Source: Candidatus Woesearchaeota archaeon
GTDB lineage: Archaea; Nanobdellota; Nanobdellia; Woesearchaeales; BS150m-G63
Direction: 5' to 3'
DNA length: 64,000 nucleotides
NCBI GenBank assembly: GCA_016784165.1
Contig: JADHVD010000005.1
Span: forward strand, 3,385-67,384
A program made the position numbers and the translations under genes. This document shows positions 49,659 to 59,935 of this stretch, one piece after another. The notes beneath the pieces are model-generated. The model had not been told where the DNA came from and ran no database searches. It saw only the letters and a list, made by a program, of their open reading frames with translations. Numbering within the stretch: the first letter of the stretch is position 1; every line of letters starts with the position of its first letter.

Positions 49659-50315
49659 ATGACAAGAAAGATAAAAAAATCTTTAAGTTGTACAAAAAAT
49701 TTAGGTACAATAAAAAGTAAATTATTAATGATTATGTTTGTAATGATAATAGCCACACCAATTGTTTTTGGAGGCACTATCGGTGCAAATGATTTAGCAG
49801 AATATCAAGCAAAATGTGGATTAGAATACGTTTACAGACAGGAAAATTCAGTTTTTAATGATGGAGGTAATTCATCATCAGCCCTAAATAACCTTATGAA
49901 TGCAACACCAGGTAATAACCACACTGTAAGTGACGAAACAGTTTACAATCAAATGAAGTATGTGGTAGATAGGTTCCGGAATCCTTATTCATCATCCGAT
50001 TGTAATGATACTTGTGACAGCTTAGGATACAAATGTGACCATCAAACAATATGTGGCGTATCAGAAAACTGTGGAATATGTAATCCAGGATGGACTTGTA
50101 ACGAAGGAACATGTGAAGAAGAACAACAACCAGAATGTACAAACGGAATAGATGACGATAATGATGAAAAAACTGATAGGCAGGATGCATCATGCGCTTG
50201 CGGAGGACCAAGAGAAATAGGGGGATGTGGACAAGGAAGTCATTGCAATAACCCAGAGGACTGTTACAGTGGATTATTAACTTGCCTCGATCGTAAATGT
50301 GTTTATCTACCCTAG
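49659..50315 (+). CDS. Membrane-anchored or secreted Cys-rich protein with a MopE-like acidic Cys-repeat motif
   Basis: An N-terminal TM/signal anchor, then 22 Cys including CTNGIDDDNDEKTDRQD, which resembles the C-x-DG-x-D-x-DCDG metal-binding repeat. Confidence 0.6.
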   Translation: MTRKIKKSLSCTKNLGTIKSKLLMIMFVMIIATPIVFGGTIGANDLAEYQAKCGLEYVYRQENSVFNDGGNSSSALNNLMNATPGNNHTVSDETVYNQMKYVVDRFRNPYSSSDCNDTCDSLGYKCDHQTICGVSENCGICNPGWTCNEGTCEEEQQPECTNGIDDDNDEKTDRQDASCACGGPREIGGCGQGSHCNNPEDCYSGLLTCLDRKCVYLP

Positions 50316-50339
50316 TTATTTTAGATATCGCTCCAACTA

Positions 50340-50448
50340 ATCCACTACATAGCACAAGAGTGCATCCCAAAGTGCCTGTAATTGATATCCTGGTACCAGT
50401 AGAACTGTTAGGCTATATCCAACACCCAACAAAAGTATTAAAAGAAAT
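50340..50448 (+). pseudogene. Fragment copy of the methyltransferase 3-prime region of 47120-49045
   Basis: About 90 percent nucleotide identity to 48726-48834. Encodes PLHSTRVHPKVPVIDILVPVELLGYIQHPTKVLKE with no N-terminal context. Confidence 0.75.
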
Positions 50449-50516
50449 CAAGAATTGGAATTGCTCAAACCAATTGGAGAACAATTGAATGCAAAAAAGA
50501 AAAAAGAGGTAAACTA

Positions 50517-51572
50517 ATGAAACAAATGAACAAAAGAGCCCAAGCAGCCATGGAATTTCTTATGACTTATGGATGGGCAATATTGGTTGTGATCATAACA
50601 ATAACTGCATTAGGTTATTTCGGAGTGGTTAACCCAGGAAAATTCTTACCCAAAACATGTACTTTTGTACCTGGATTAGCATGTAATGGTTTTGTGGTTG
50701 ATGAATATTTCACCACACTTGTATTACAGAACAGTTTCGGAAAAGACATCACAATCACTAAAATCAATATCACAGGAACAAAATTAACTGGACTCTACCA
50801 AGGAGAAAGAGAAGTAAAAAACGGAAAAGAAACAAGATTCAGTATAAAACATCCTCCAAAAAAGGTTAATCAAAAAGCAAAAGCAGAGGTTCATATAACT
50901 TACCAAACAAAAGACTTACTAAACCACACTATAATTGGAGATATAAGTTCTTCTGTAGATAAATTTACAGCAAGCAATGTTTTAGGAAGCAATGCAGACA
51001 ATCTATCAGCTTACTGGTATTTCGGCAAAGGCGAAGGTAATCAAACAATAGATTTAAGCGGAAACGAAAACACTGGAAGTTGTGGAATGATGGGTGGAAA
51101 CTGTCCAACTTGGACATCTAATAATAAATTTGGTAATGCATTAAACTTTAGTTTAAGTCTAATCAAAGTTCCCCATGATCAAAGTATTTATTTTGATAAT
51201 ACTAGCCAATACACTTGGGAAATCTGGTTTCTTGGAGGAGGTACTGGACCCATAATATCCAAAGGAGATCCATATTACATTCAATTAAATATTAATCAAA
51301 TTGGATTTCAATATAATGGGGAATCTTGGTATGAAGATGTTCTCTTAACACAAGATAAATGGCACCACTTAACAATAACATACAACAATGGCCATGTTGA
51401 ATTATTTGTAAATGGAGAATATGATAACGGCACAAATATAGTCACAATAAACGATGATTCATCTGATTTAGGTATTGCATCAAATTTCCAAGGAACCATA
51501 GACTCAATATTAATCTACAACAAAGCATTTACAGCAGAAGAAGTAAAAGCACGTTATGAAACAACAAAATAA
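50517..51572 (+). CDS. Type IV pilin-like protein, paralog 5, fused to a C-terminal LamG/concanavalin-like domain
   Basis: The same N-terminus (MKQMNKRAQAAMEFLMTYGWAILVV). C-terminal DLSGNENTG...ALNF...WHHLTITYNNGHVELFVNGE...GTIDSILIYNKAFTAEEV is the classic Laminin_G_3 pattern. Confidence 0.8.
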   Translation: MKQMNKRAQAAMEFLMTYGWAILVVIITITALGYFGVVNPGKFLPKTCTFVPGLACNGFVVDEYFTTLVLQNSFGKDITITKINITGTKLTGLYQGEREVKNGKETRFSIKHPPKKVNQKAKAEVHITYQTKDLLNHTIIGDISSSVDKFTASNVLGSNADNLSAYWYFGKGEGNQTIDLSGNENTGSCGMMGGNCPTWTSNNKFGNALNFSLSLIKVPHDQSIYFDNTSQYTWEIWFLGGGTGPIISKGDPYYIQLNINQIGFQYNGESWYEDVLLTQDKWHHLTITYNNGHVELFVNGEYDNGTNIVTINDDSSDLGIASNFQGTIDSILIYNKAFTAEEVKARYETTK

Positions 51573-51626
51573 ATCTTATTGCTTTCAATAACAACTTTTT
51601 TATAATCTAATCTATTTCAAACTAAG

Positions 51627-52361
51627 ATGGATGAACAAGAAGAAATGCAAGAAAAACTGAAAAATATGTCTCCAGAGGAATTAAGAAAATTCCAAAAAGA
51701 GCAGTGCATCTTCTGCCACATTATCAGCGGAAAAGTTCAATCTAAAAAAATCTATGAAGATGAAAAATGTTTGGCTATTTTAGATATTAATCCAGCTAAT
51801 CCAGGACATATACTTCTTTTACCTAAAGAACATTACGCAATAATGCCTCAAATTCCAGACGACATTTTAGGACACATGTCTATGCTCACAAAAGCACTTT
51901 CTTCTGCTTGTCTTAAAGCATTTAAAGCTTCAGGAACAAATATATTTATCGCAAACGGCATCGTCGCAGGACAAAAAGCTCAGCACTTTATGATTCACAT
52001 TATACCAAGAATGGAAAAAGACAACTTAAATTTCACTCTCTCAGAAAATAGCACAAATGAAACTGATCGAATCCAACTAAAACAAATTCTAACAAAGAAA
52101 ATTAATGAAATATTTGGGCTAAAACCAGAAAAAGAAGAAGAACCACAAGCAAAACAAGAAACAATTCAACCATCCACTAAAGAAGAACAAAAAAAAGAGA
52201 CTAACTTAGATAAAATCTCAGAAAAAATACAATCACCTAAACCAAAAAAGAAGTCAAAAAAAAGTTTAGAGAAAAAGAAAGAAATCAAAAAAAAGAGCCC
52301 TAAAAAAACAAAAAAAACCAAAAGAGCAAATCTAGACGATATAGCTAAACTATTTACCTAA
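51627..52361 (+). CDS. HIT-family protein with a non-canonical triad and a Lys-rich tail
   Basis: CIFCHIISGK...DINPANPGHILLLPKEH...AGQKAQHFMIHIIPR. The C-terminal 70 aa are K/E-rich. Confidence 0.75.
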   Translation: MDEQEEMQEKLKNMSPEELRKFQKEQCIFCHIISGKVQSKKIYEDEKCLAILDINPANPGHILLLPKEHYAIMPQIPDDILGHMSMLTKALSSACLKAFKASGTNIFIANGIVAGQKAQHFMIHIIPRMEKDNLNFTLSENSTNETDRIQLKQILTKKINEIFGLKPEKEEEPQAKQETIQPSTKEEQKKETNLDKISEKIQSPKPKKKSKKSLEKKKEIKKKSPKKTKKTKRANLDDIAKLFT

Positions 52362-52362
52362 A

Positions 52363-52881
52363 ATGGCCTGTAAAATATGTGATAAAATAAAAAAAGGAAG
52401 TAAATTAAAAATTTACGAAGATGAAAAAGTAATCGCCTTCATAGAAGAAAAACCAGCTGTATTGGGTCAAATAACATTATTACCAAAAGAACACTTCCCT
52501 ATTTTAGAACAAGTGCCTGATTTCATAGCAAACCACCTTATTGTAATAGCAAACAAACTTTCAAGCGCTTTATTTGACTCATTAAATATTCAAGGAACTA
52601 ATATTCTTATCAATAATGGGGTAACAGCAGGACAAAAACAGTCTCATTTCAGTATAAACATTATACCTAGAAATGAAAACGATAACATCAACTTAGAATG
52701 GAAACCAAAACAATTAGATGAAGAAGAAATGTCAACAATAGAGCTAAAACTAAAAGAACACACTGCGCACATCGGCGCTTTTGAAAAAGAAAAAAAACAA
52801 AAACCCATACCAGAAACAAAAAAAGAAGTTATTCAAGATGAAGAAAACTATTTAGTTAAACAACTAAGAAGAATTCCTTAA
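52363..52881 (+). CDS. HIT-family-like protein with a degenerate triad
   Basis: CKICDKI...LLPKEHF...AGQKQSHFSINIIPR. Confidence 0.65.
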   Translation: MACKICDKIKKGSKLKIYEDEKVIAFIEEKPAVLGQITLLPKEHFPILEQVPDFIANHLIVIANKLSSALFDSLNIQGTNILINNGVTAGQKQSHFSINIIPRNENDNINLEWKPKQLDEEEMSTIELKLKEHTAHIGAFEKEKKQKPIPETKKEVIQDEENYLVKQLRRIP

Positions 52882-52898
52882 CTATCTACTTTTCACAA

Positions 52899-53195
52899 TC
52901 AAAACAATTCATCAAACTTTTCTTTTGCTTTGTTCTCTTTCCAATACACACTATGACTTGCTCTTTTCTCAAACAAAGAAATAGCCATATTAATCAAATC
53001 AGTTTGAAAATTCTTTAACCCTTTTTCCTTCATAATCCCTTTAGCGTCATCCACACATTCTTTCATCAGAGAAATATTTTCAACCCTACAATAACCTTCT
53101 TGTTCTTTCTCTTCTTTTTCAGTTAATTTAACTTCTTCCCAAACAGGATAGTTACTTCCTTCAATTGTCCTTGGAAAACTTTTACTAAATCCCAT
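52899..53195 (-). CDS. Hypothetical protein (98 aa) downstream of the HerA-like ATPase
   Basis: Same strand, with a 73-nt gap; no motif. Confidence 0.4.
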   Translation of the reverse strand: MGFSKSFPRTIEGSNYPVWEEVKLTEKEEKEQEGYCRVENISLMKECVDDAKGIMKEKGLKNFQTDLINMAISLFEKRASHSVYWKENKAKEKFDELF

Positions 53196-53268
53196 ATAAA
53201 CCCTAGAATGAACTCAAATTTATATATGTTTCCTAGAAAAAACTGAAAAATCTACAATAAATATACTT

Positions 53269-54588
53269 CTACAACTTCTCTTCTTTATCATCCTTAGGAA
53301 TAGCAGTAGGGGAAGCCCCTCCGTGCCATGTAATTCTCGGACGAACCCTCATAGGATACATTTTCTCATTACTATCATCAAAAATAACTCCTGCACCCTT
53401 AACACGAGGTAAATTATCTAATTCACCAGTCAAACCAGTTCTCATATAACTCTGCATCAACATTCCCAAAGCATCAACATCAATTTTAGCCGTGATTCTA
53501 TGACTTAACACAATATCGCTCTGAGTCATCACATCAGTATGGATTTTTCCTGGCTGTTGTGTAGCTAATATCAAAGATATTCCTGGTTGCCTACCTTCCC
53601 TCATTATAGTAACCAAAGCATCAGTAGATGCAACAGTTCCTGTTCTAGGTAAAAACTCGTGCGCTTCATCAATAACTAACCACACCAAAGGCATCTCTTG
53701 TTTTTTAACTGCCTTTTCAGTAAAATATTCCATAGAACTCTTTAAATCGTTCATCTCTTCCTTTTTCCTAAAATTCATCCTTTCAATAAATAAATGCTGA
53801 GAAACAATTCCCACAATCAGTGCTTTAACATCCCATCCACCAGGCATAGTAGCATAACAACTAACATCTAAAATAGTTGTCTGTCCCCCTTTAGCAAGAT
53901 CCTGAAAATTAGTTCCTTTATCTGTAAAAACACCCCAACCTTTAGCCATCAAAAACATACTCTCAACAGCTTGTTTAGTTTTACTATCTGCTTTTGTATC
54001 TTTATCAATTTCAGCAATAATATCATCAATACTATATTTGCCTTTTTTCTCCTTTAACCCTAATACAATTCTCGCAATAAGCACTCCAATAGTACTATAT
54101 TTTTCTTGTTTAAATGCAAGACACCAATCATCCTGATCAATCATAGAAGCCTCTAATGAAAATGGAAAATCAGTAGGAATCCCTTTCTTTTTATATTCTT
54201 CATAATGTTTATAAGGTGTATAAATTACCACTGGCATTGACTTTGGCTCAAGTCCCCAAGGTTCTAATAAATCAGCTTCATGCCTATTAGGGTATTTCAT
54301 AGTCCAATAAATACCCATTGTATCTAACAAAATAATGCTCAAATTATTCTTTATCTCTGGCTCAAGCATTTCAAACCCTTCAGCTATTACACCCATGGTA
54401 TAAGACTTTCCTCCACCACGCTTACCACAAATAAAAACAACATGTGCTCCAGCAACATCTAAATACATTTCCCCAGACATAGAAGTGGTTTGGCCCATCT
54501 TAACAAAATGTTTACCAATCAAAATAGTCCCTTTTTTACCATATTTTTCCCTATCTCTCGCTAGTCTACCTATTATAATCTCTTGCAT
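53269..54588 (-). CDS. HerA/FtsK-superfamily ATPase (DUF87-like)
   Basis: Walker A CGKRGGGKSYTMG, Walker B WLVIDEAHEFLP and ATQQPGKI. Confidence 0.75.
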   Translation of the reverse strand: MQEIIIGRLARDREKYGKKGTILIGKHFVKMGQTTSMSGEMYLDVAGAHVVFICGKRGGGKSYTMGVIAEGFEMLEPEIKNNLSIILLDTMGIYWTMKYPNRHEADLLEPWGLEPKSMPVVIYTPYKHYEEYKKKGIPTDFPFSLEASMIDQDDWCLAFKQEKYSTIGVLIARIVLGLKEKKGKYSIDDIIAEIDKDTKADSKTKQAVESMFLMAKGWGVFTDKGTNFQDLAKGGQTTILDVSCYATMPGGWDVKALIVGIVSQHLFIERMNFRKKEEMNDLKSSMEYFTEKAVKKQEMPLVWLVIDEAHEFLPRTGTVASTDALVTIMREGRQPGISLILATQQPGKIHTDVMTQSDIVLSHRITAKIDVDALGMLMQSYMRTGLTGELDNLPRVKGAGVIFDDSNEKMYPMRVRPRITWHGGASPTAIPKDDKEEKL

Positions 54589-54739
54589 AATCCAAGTAAA
54601 ACAAGTAAAAGCATATAAATGTTTATTAAAACTACTGAGTAATTAATACAAAAACCGAAATCTTTATTTACTACTAGTTTTTCTACTCTTAAGGGGATTA
54701 TAATTATTAACATTAAAGAGAGGTAGCTATTTAAACAAG

Positions 54740-56416
<1,677 letters not shown>

Positions 56417-56443
56417 GCACTATTTATTTGTTTTATAAACTTT

Positions 56444-56480
56444 GAAGACATTAAGTCTTCTTATTTTTCTTTTTTATTTA
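56444..56480 (+). terminator. Hairpin GAAGAC-ATTAA-GTCTTC followed by a T-rich run
   Basis: Lies just downstream of the 56416 stop. Confidence 0.45.
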
Positions 56481-56483
56481 TTG

Positions 56484-56518
56484 AAACCTTTAAGAATTTT
56501 TTAAATTCTTAAAGGTTT
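56484..56518. repeat. Perfect 16-bp inverted repeat with a 3-nt loop
   Basis: AAACCTTTAAGAATTT-TTT-AAATTCTTAAAGGTTT. Confidence 0.85.
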
Positions 56519-56639
56519 TACTATAGATGTAGAGTTTCGTTTTTTTACGAAATTCCACAGTCTTTATTTTTTTAATATTAATAAACAATAATCTATTTAT
56601 GAATTTTTAAGAAAGATTTATAAAATCAAAAATCATCTT

Positions 56640-57221
56640 ATGACAAACGCTAGAAGAATATTAGTTATCTTCGTTATTGCAATTCTATTTACTGTTTTTG
56701 TTAATGTTAGTATTGAAGCAATCTATCCTTCACCAGAAAATGAAGATTATTGTATAGAAGAAAGAAAGCATCCACATATCCCTGCTCAAGCAGAAACAGA
56801 AAAATTCTCTTGTCCTGAATTAATTATTCCAGAGGAACTAGAATCCTCTTGCCAAGAACAACAAGGAGAAATTGACTATAAATATGACAATAAAGACTGT
56901 CCAATAACAGCTTATTGTGAAACTTGCCACAAGGCATTAGACAATGCACAAGAAAAATACAACCTCATTGTTTTCCTAGTTTCAGCAGTACTTGGTTTAA
57001 TTGCCTTAATAGTTGGGCTAAATCTTCCAGTAAAAAAAAATCCAATCCATGAATGGGTTGGCTCTGGTTTCCTTTTAGGTGGACTAATAACTGTTTTCAC
57101 TGGAACTGTAAGATACTTTGGGGACATGGGAAGATACATAAGACCCATTATTATATTTCTAGAACTAGTGCTTGTTATCTATCTCGCTTACAAAAAATTA
57201 GGAAAAGTGAAAAAGAAATAA
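56640..57221 (+). CDS. Membrane protein with a Cys-containing extracytoplasmic loop
   Basis: An N-terminal TM, a loop with 6 Cys, then three TM helices. Confidence 0.5.
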   Translation: MTNARRILVIFVIAILFTVFVNVSIEAIYPSPENEDYCIEERKHPHIPAQAETEKFSCPELIIPEELESSCQEQQGEIDYKYDNKDCPITAYCETCHKALDNAQEKYNLIVFLVSAVLGLIALIVGLNLPVKKNPIHEWVGSGFLLGGLITVFTGTVRYFGDMGRYIRPIIIFLELVLVIYLAYKKLGKVKKK

Positions 57222-57270
57222 ACAATTGCACCAAAAACATTTTATATAATTAAAACAAAATAAATAAATT

Positions 57271-57948
57271 ATGCATTTTACATTAAAAAAACTCAGCTAC
57301 ACTTTAGTTTTGATATTTGTATTATTCGAAGCAGTTGCTTTATTCTTCATAGATGTTTTTAACATAAACACCCAAACAACAACAGCACTAATTCCAAAAT
57401 TCTTTGGGGGTTTACTCACCGGATTCTTTACAGCGTTTATTGCAATAACTCTGCTCAATCTAATACTAAAAATAATAAATAGAATAAAAATAAAATCAAA
57501 AACAAACCAAAAAACAAAATTAAAATTCAAAAAAATAAATCCTTTAGCCCCTTCAATATTCAATGCATTATTTCTGGCAATACTTTTTGTGATTGAATCA
57601 TTACTCTCACCAATAAAACACACTAACTTAATTTTAGGAAACGCAATTGTGGGAACAATCACAACCCCATTATCTATTTACATAATCTTAACACTCTACA
57701 ACAAACAAGACAAACTCAAAGCACATATTTACACCACAAAAAAACAAACCATAAAAAATATCAACGCAGAAAACACAGCCATTTTCGCAGCAATATATGA
57801 AGTAATAGCACTCCCAATAATGGCCTTACTAATGACAACTAAAACACCTTACATAATCATTGGAGCTATAGCTGGACTAACTTCAATCATAACAATAACA
57901 CTCTACAACAAACTTCCAAAAAAGAGAAAAATTAAGTTTATTTTTTAG
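57271..57948 (+). CDS. Hypothetical polytopic membrane protein
   Basis: About 6 TM helices with a basic central loop. Confidence 0.45.
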   Translation: MHFTLKKLSYTLVLIFVLFEAVALFFIDVFNINTQTTTALIPKFFGGLLTGFFTAFIAITLLNLILKIINRIKIKSKTNQKTKLKFKKINPLAPSIFNALFLAILFVIESLLSPIKHTNLILGNAIVGTITTPLSIYIILTLYNKQDKLKAHIYTTKKQTIKNINAENTAIFAAIYEVIALPIMALLMTTKTPYIIIGAIAGLTSIITITLYNKLPKKRKIKFIF

Positions 57949-59218
57949 ATTTCTTCATAACCAAATCATGTGCTACAAACCCAACAGCTACTAAAACAAC
58001 TAAAGCAAAGATAATCTTGAAGTTTATATTACCCAACAGAAATAAACTACTTACAACTCCAAATACAGGAAGTATTGGAAATTTTCCAATATTAAGTGGA
58101 ACCTTAAACCTCCTTTTCATATTAGGCATTTTATATCTCAAAACTATTAAAGATAAATTAATTAAAATAAAAGTCAAAAAAACAGCAGTGTTAGTTAAAT
58201 TAGCAACAAGTTCTATATCGCCTACAAAAACCATAATCATAGCAAGAATCATAACAGAAAAAACAGCAATAACAGGTGTTTTAGTATAACCACTTACATG
58301 AGCAAAAACTTTTGGTAGATCTTTTCTTTCAGCTATCCCATAAATCATTCTAGATGTAGCCACTAAAGATATCAAAATAGTATTGGTTGTAGAAAACAAT
58401 GCAATAATACCTAAGATAATAAAACCATTATTACCTAAAGCTACAGCAGCAACATCTGCCAATGGAGCACTTGAATTAGCAAGAGCTTCCCAACCAACCA
58501 TACTTACAGCAGAAATAGCAACCAACACATACAAGATTGTAGTAATAATCATTGATAAAATTAAAGCACGAGGTATTGTCTTATGGGGGTTTTTAGTCTC
58601 TTCAGATAATTTAACAATACTTTCAAAACCCAAAAATGCAAAAAATATCAATGCAGCCCCGTTAAAAACTCCCTTCATCCCATGAGGCATAACAAGATAG
58701 TCTACTTTTCCAAAATATTTCAACCCCAAAACTACAATTAATACCAATCCAAGAACTTCTGCTAAAGTGAAAAAAATATTTAACCCTGATGTCTCTTTAA
58801 TCCCCCACAAATTTACTAAAGACATCAAAAATATGATTCCCAACGCAGAAAACAAAACAGGAAATCCTGTTAAAGAATATAAATAATTCGCAAAACCCAT
58901 CCCAACCGCAGTAGCAGTTATAATACCAGTTATAATTATTAACCAACCCACCATAAAAGCAATTCTTCTCCCAAACGCCTTCTCGGCATAAATATATTCT
59001 CCAGAATCCTTTGAAAACATAGAAGAAAGTTCAGCATAACTTAAACCAGTAAACATAGCAACTATCGCTGCAATAAGAAATGAAAGCCAAACAGCTCCAC
59101 CACCATAGCCAGTAGCAATACCTAATAATGCATAAATTCCTGCTCCGACTATTATTCCAACTCCAAATAATGTGGTTTCGAATAAACCCAGCTCCCTCTT
59201 TAATTTATTTTTTGCCAT
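57938..59218 (-). CDS. APC-family amino acid permease
   Basis: LFETTLFGVGIIVGAGIYAL and 12 predicted TM helices. Paralog of the permease half of 47120-49045. Confidence 0.85.
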   Translation of the reverse strand: MAKNKLKRELGLFETTLFGVGIIVGAGIYALLGIATGYGGGAVWLSFLIAAIVAMFTGLSYAELSSMFSKDSGEYIYAEKAFGRRIAFMVGWLIIITGIITATAVGMGFANYLYSLTGFPVLFSALGIIFLMSLVNLWGIKETSGLNIFFTLAEVLGLVLIVVLGLKYFGKVDYLVMPHGMKGVFNGAALIFFAFLGFESIVKLSEETKNPHKTIPRALILSMIITTILYVLVAISAVSMVGWEALANSSAPLADVAAVALGNNGFIILGIIALFSTTNTILISLVATSRMIYGIAERKDLPKVFAHVSGYTKTPVIAVFSVMILAMIMVFVGDIELVANLTNTAVFLTFILINLSLIVLRYKMPNMKRRFKVPLNIGKFPILPVFGVVSSLFLLGNINFKIIFALVVLVAVGFVAHDLVMKKSKK

Positions 59219-59222
59219 TTAA

Positions 59223-59423
59223 TCATTTCACTGGAGCTTTAGTCATTGAAATTATGGAAGCTATAAACATAATTACAAATACCACTGAAAGCGCAAATCC
59301 CCAAGTAACAGAAAAATCAGCAATATAAATCGCAGAAACAAGAAGACCTACAACGCTTGCAATCATAAAACTTCCCTTTAAAGGAACATATTTAACCATT
59401 AACATCACCTCTAATTTATTCAA
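59223..59423 (-). CDS. Small membrane protein upstream of the permease
   Basis: Two TM helices, with a 4-nt gap to the permease start. Confidence 0.4.
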   Translation of the reverse strand: MNKLEVMLMVKYVPLKGSFMIASVVGLLVSAIYIADFSVTWGFALSVVFVIMFIASIISMTKAPVK

Positions 59424-59480
59424 TTGTTTGATAGGTATTTAAACTTTTTTATAAAATACATAATAAATAATATAATCAAA

Positions 59481-59906
59481 TCAATGTAATCCAGTGCTTC
59501 CAAAACCGCCGTGAGCTCTTGAGGTGTCTTCGTGTTCATCAACTTCTTCAAATTCGGCAGTCTCTACTTTTTGTATCAACATTTGAGCTATTCTCATTCC
59601 TTTTTTAACAGAAAAATTCTCATTTCCAAGATTTATCATAACAACCTTAACTTCCCCCCTATAACCAGAATCAATAACGCCGGCCAAACAATGAAGAGAA
59701 TGTTTAACAGCCAACCCACTTCTATCCCATATCAACCCAACATGTCCTTCCGGAATTGCAAATTTAAGTCCTGTAGGCACAAGCACTTTTTCTCCTGCTT
59801 CAATTTCCATATCTATTGAAGCCCTCAAATCAAATGCAGCATCGCCTTTATGAGCATACTTCACCATCTCTAATTCTTTATCCATTCGCACTACTTTTGT
59901 TTTCAT
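59481..59906 (-). CDS. dut: dUTP diphosphatase (trimeric dUTPase)
   Basis: GDAAFDL, RSGLAVKH, GVIDSGYRGEV and a C-terminal RAHGGFGSTG. Confidence 0.9.
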   Translation of the reverse strand: MKTKVVRMDKELEMVKYAHKGDAAFDLRASIDMEIEAGEKVLVPTGLKFAIPEGHVGLIWDRSGLAVKHSLHCLAGVIDSGYRGEVKVVMINLGNENFSVKKGMRIAQMLIQKVETAEFEEVDEHEDTSRAHGGFGSTGLH

Positions 59907-59935
59907 TTTAATATTTCACCAGCATTTTTAGAACT

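Noticed and set aside
49894-50370. 158-aa minus-strand ORF overlapping the Cys-rich protein gene.
   Set aside because: It is antisense to a plus-strand ORF that has a signal anchor and coherent Cys-rich domain features. Its own sequence is compositionally odd (His/Leu/Tyr-rich) with no start context, so it is likely spurious.
50297-50488. 63-aa ORF treated as a gene.
   Set aside because: It is a partial copy of the methyltransferase C-terminus with no catalytic N-terminal part, so it is interpreted as a duplication relic.
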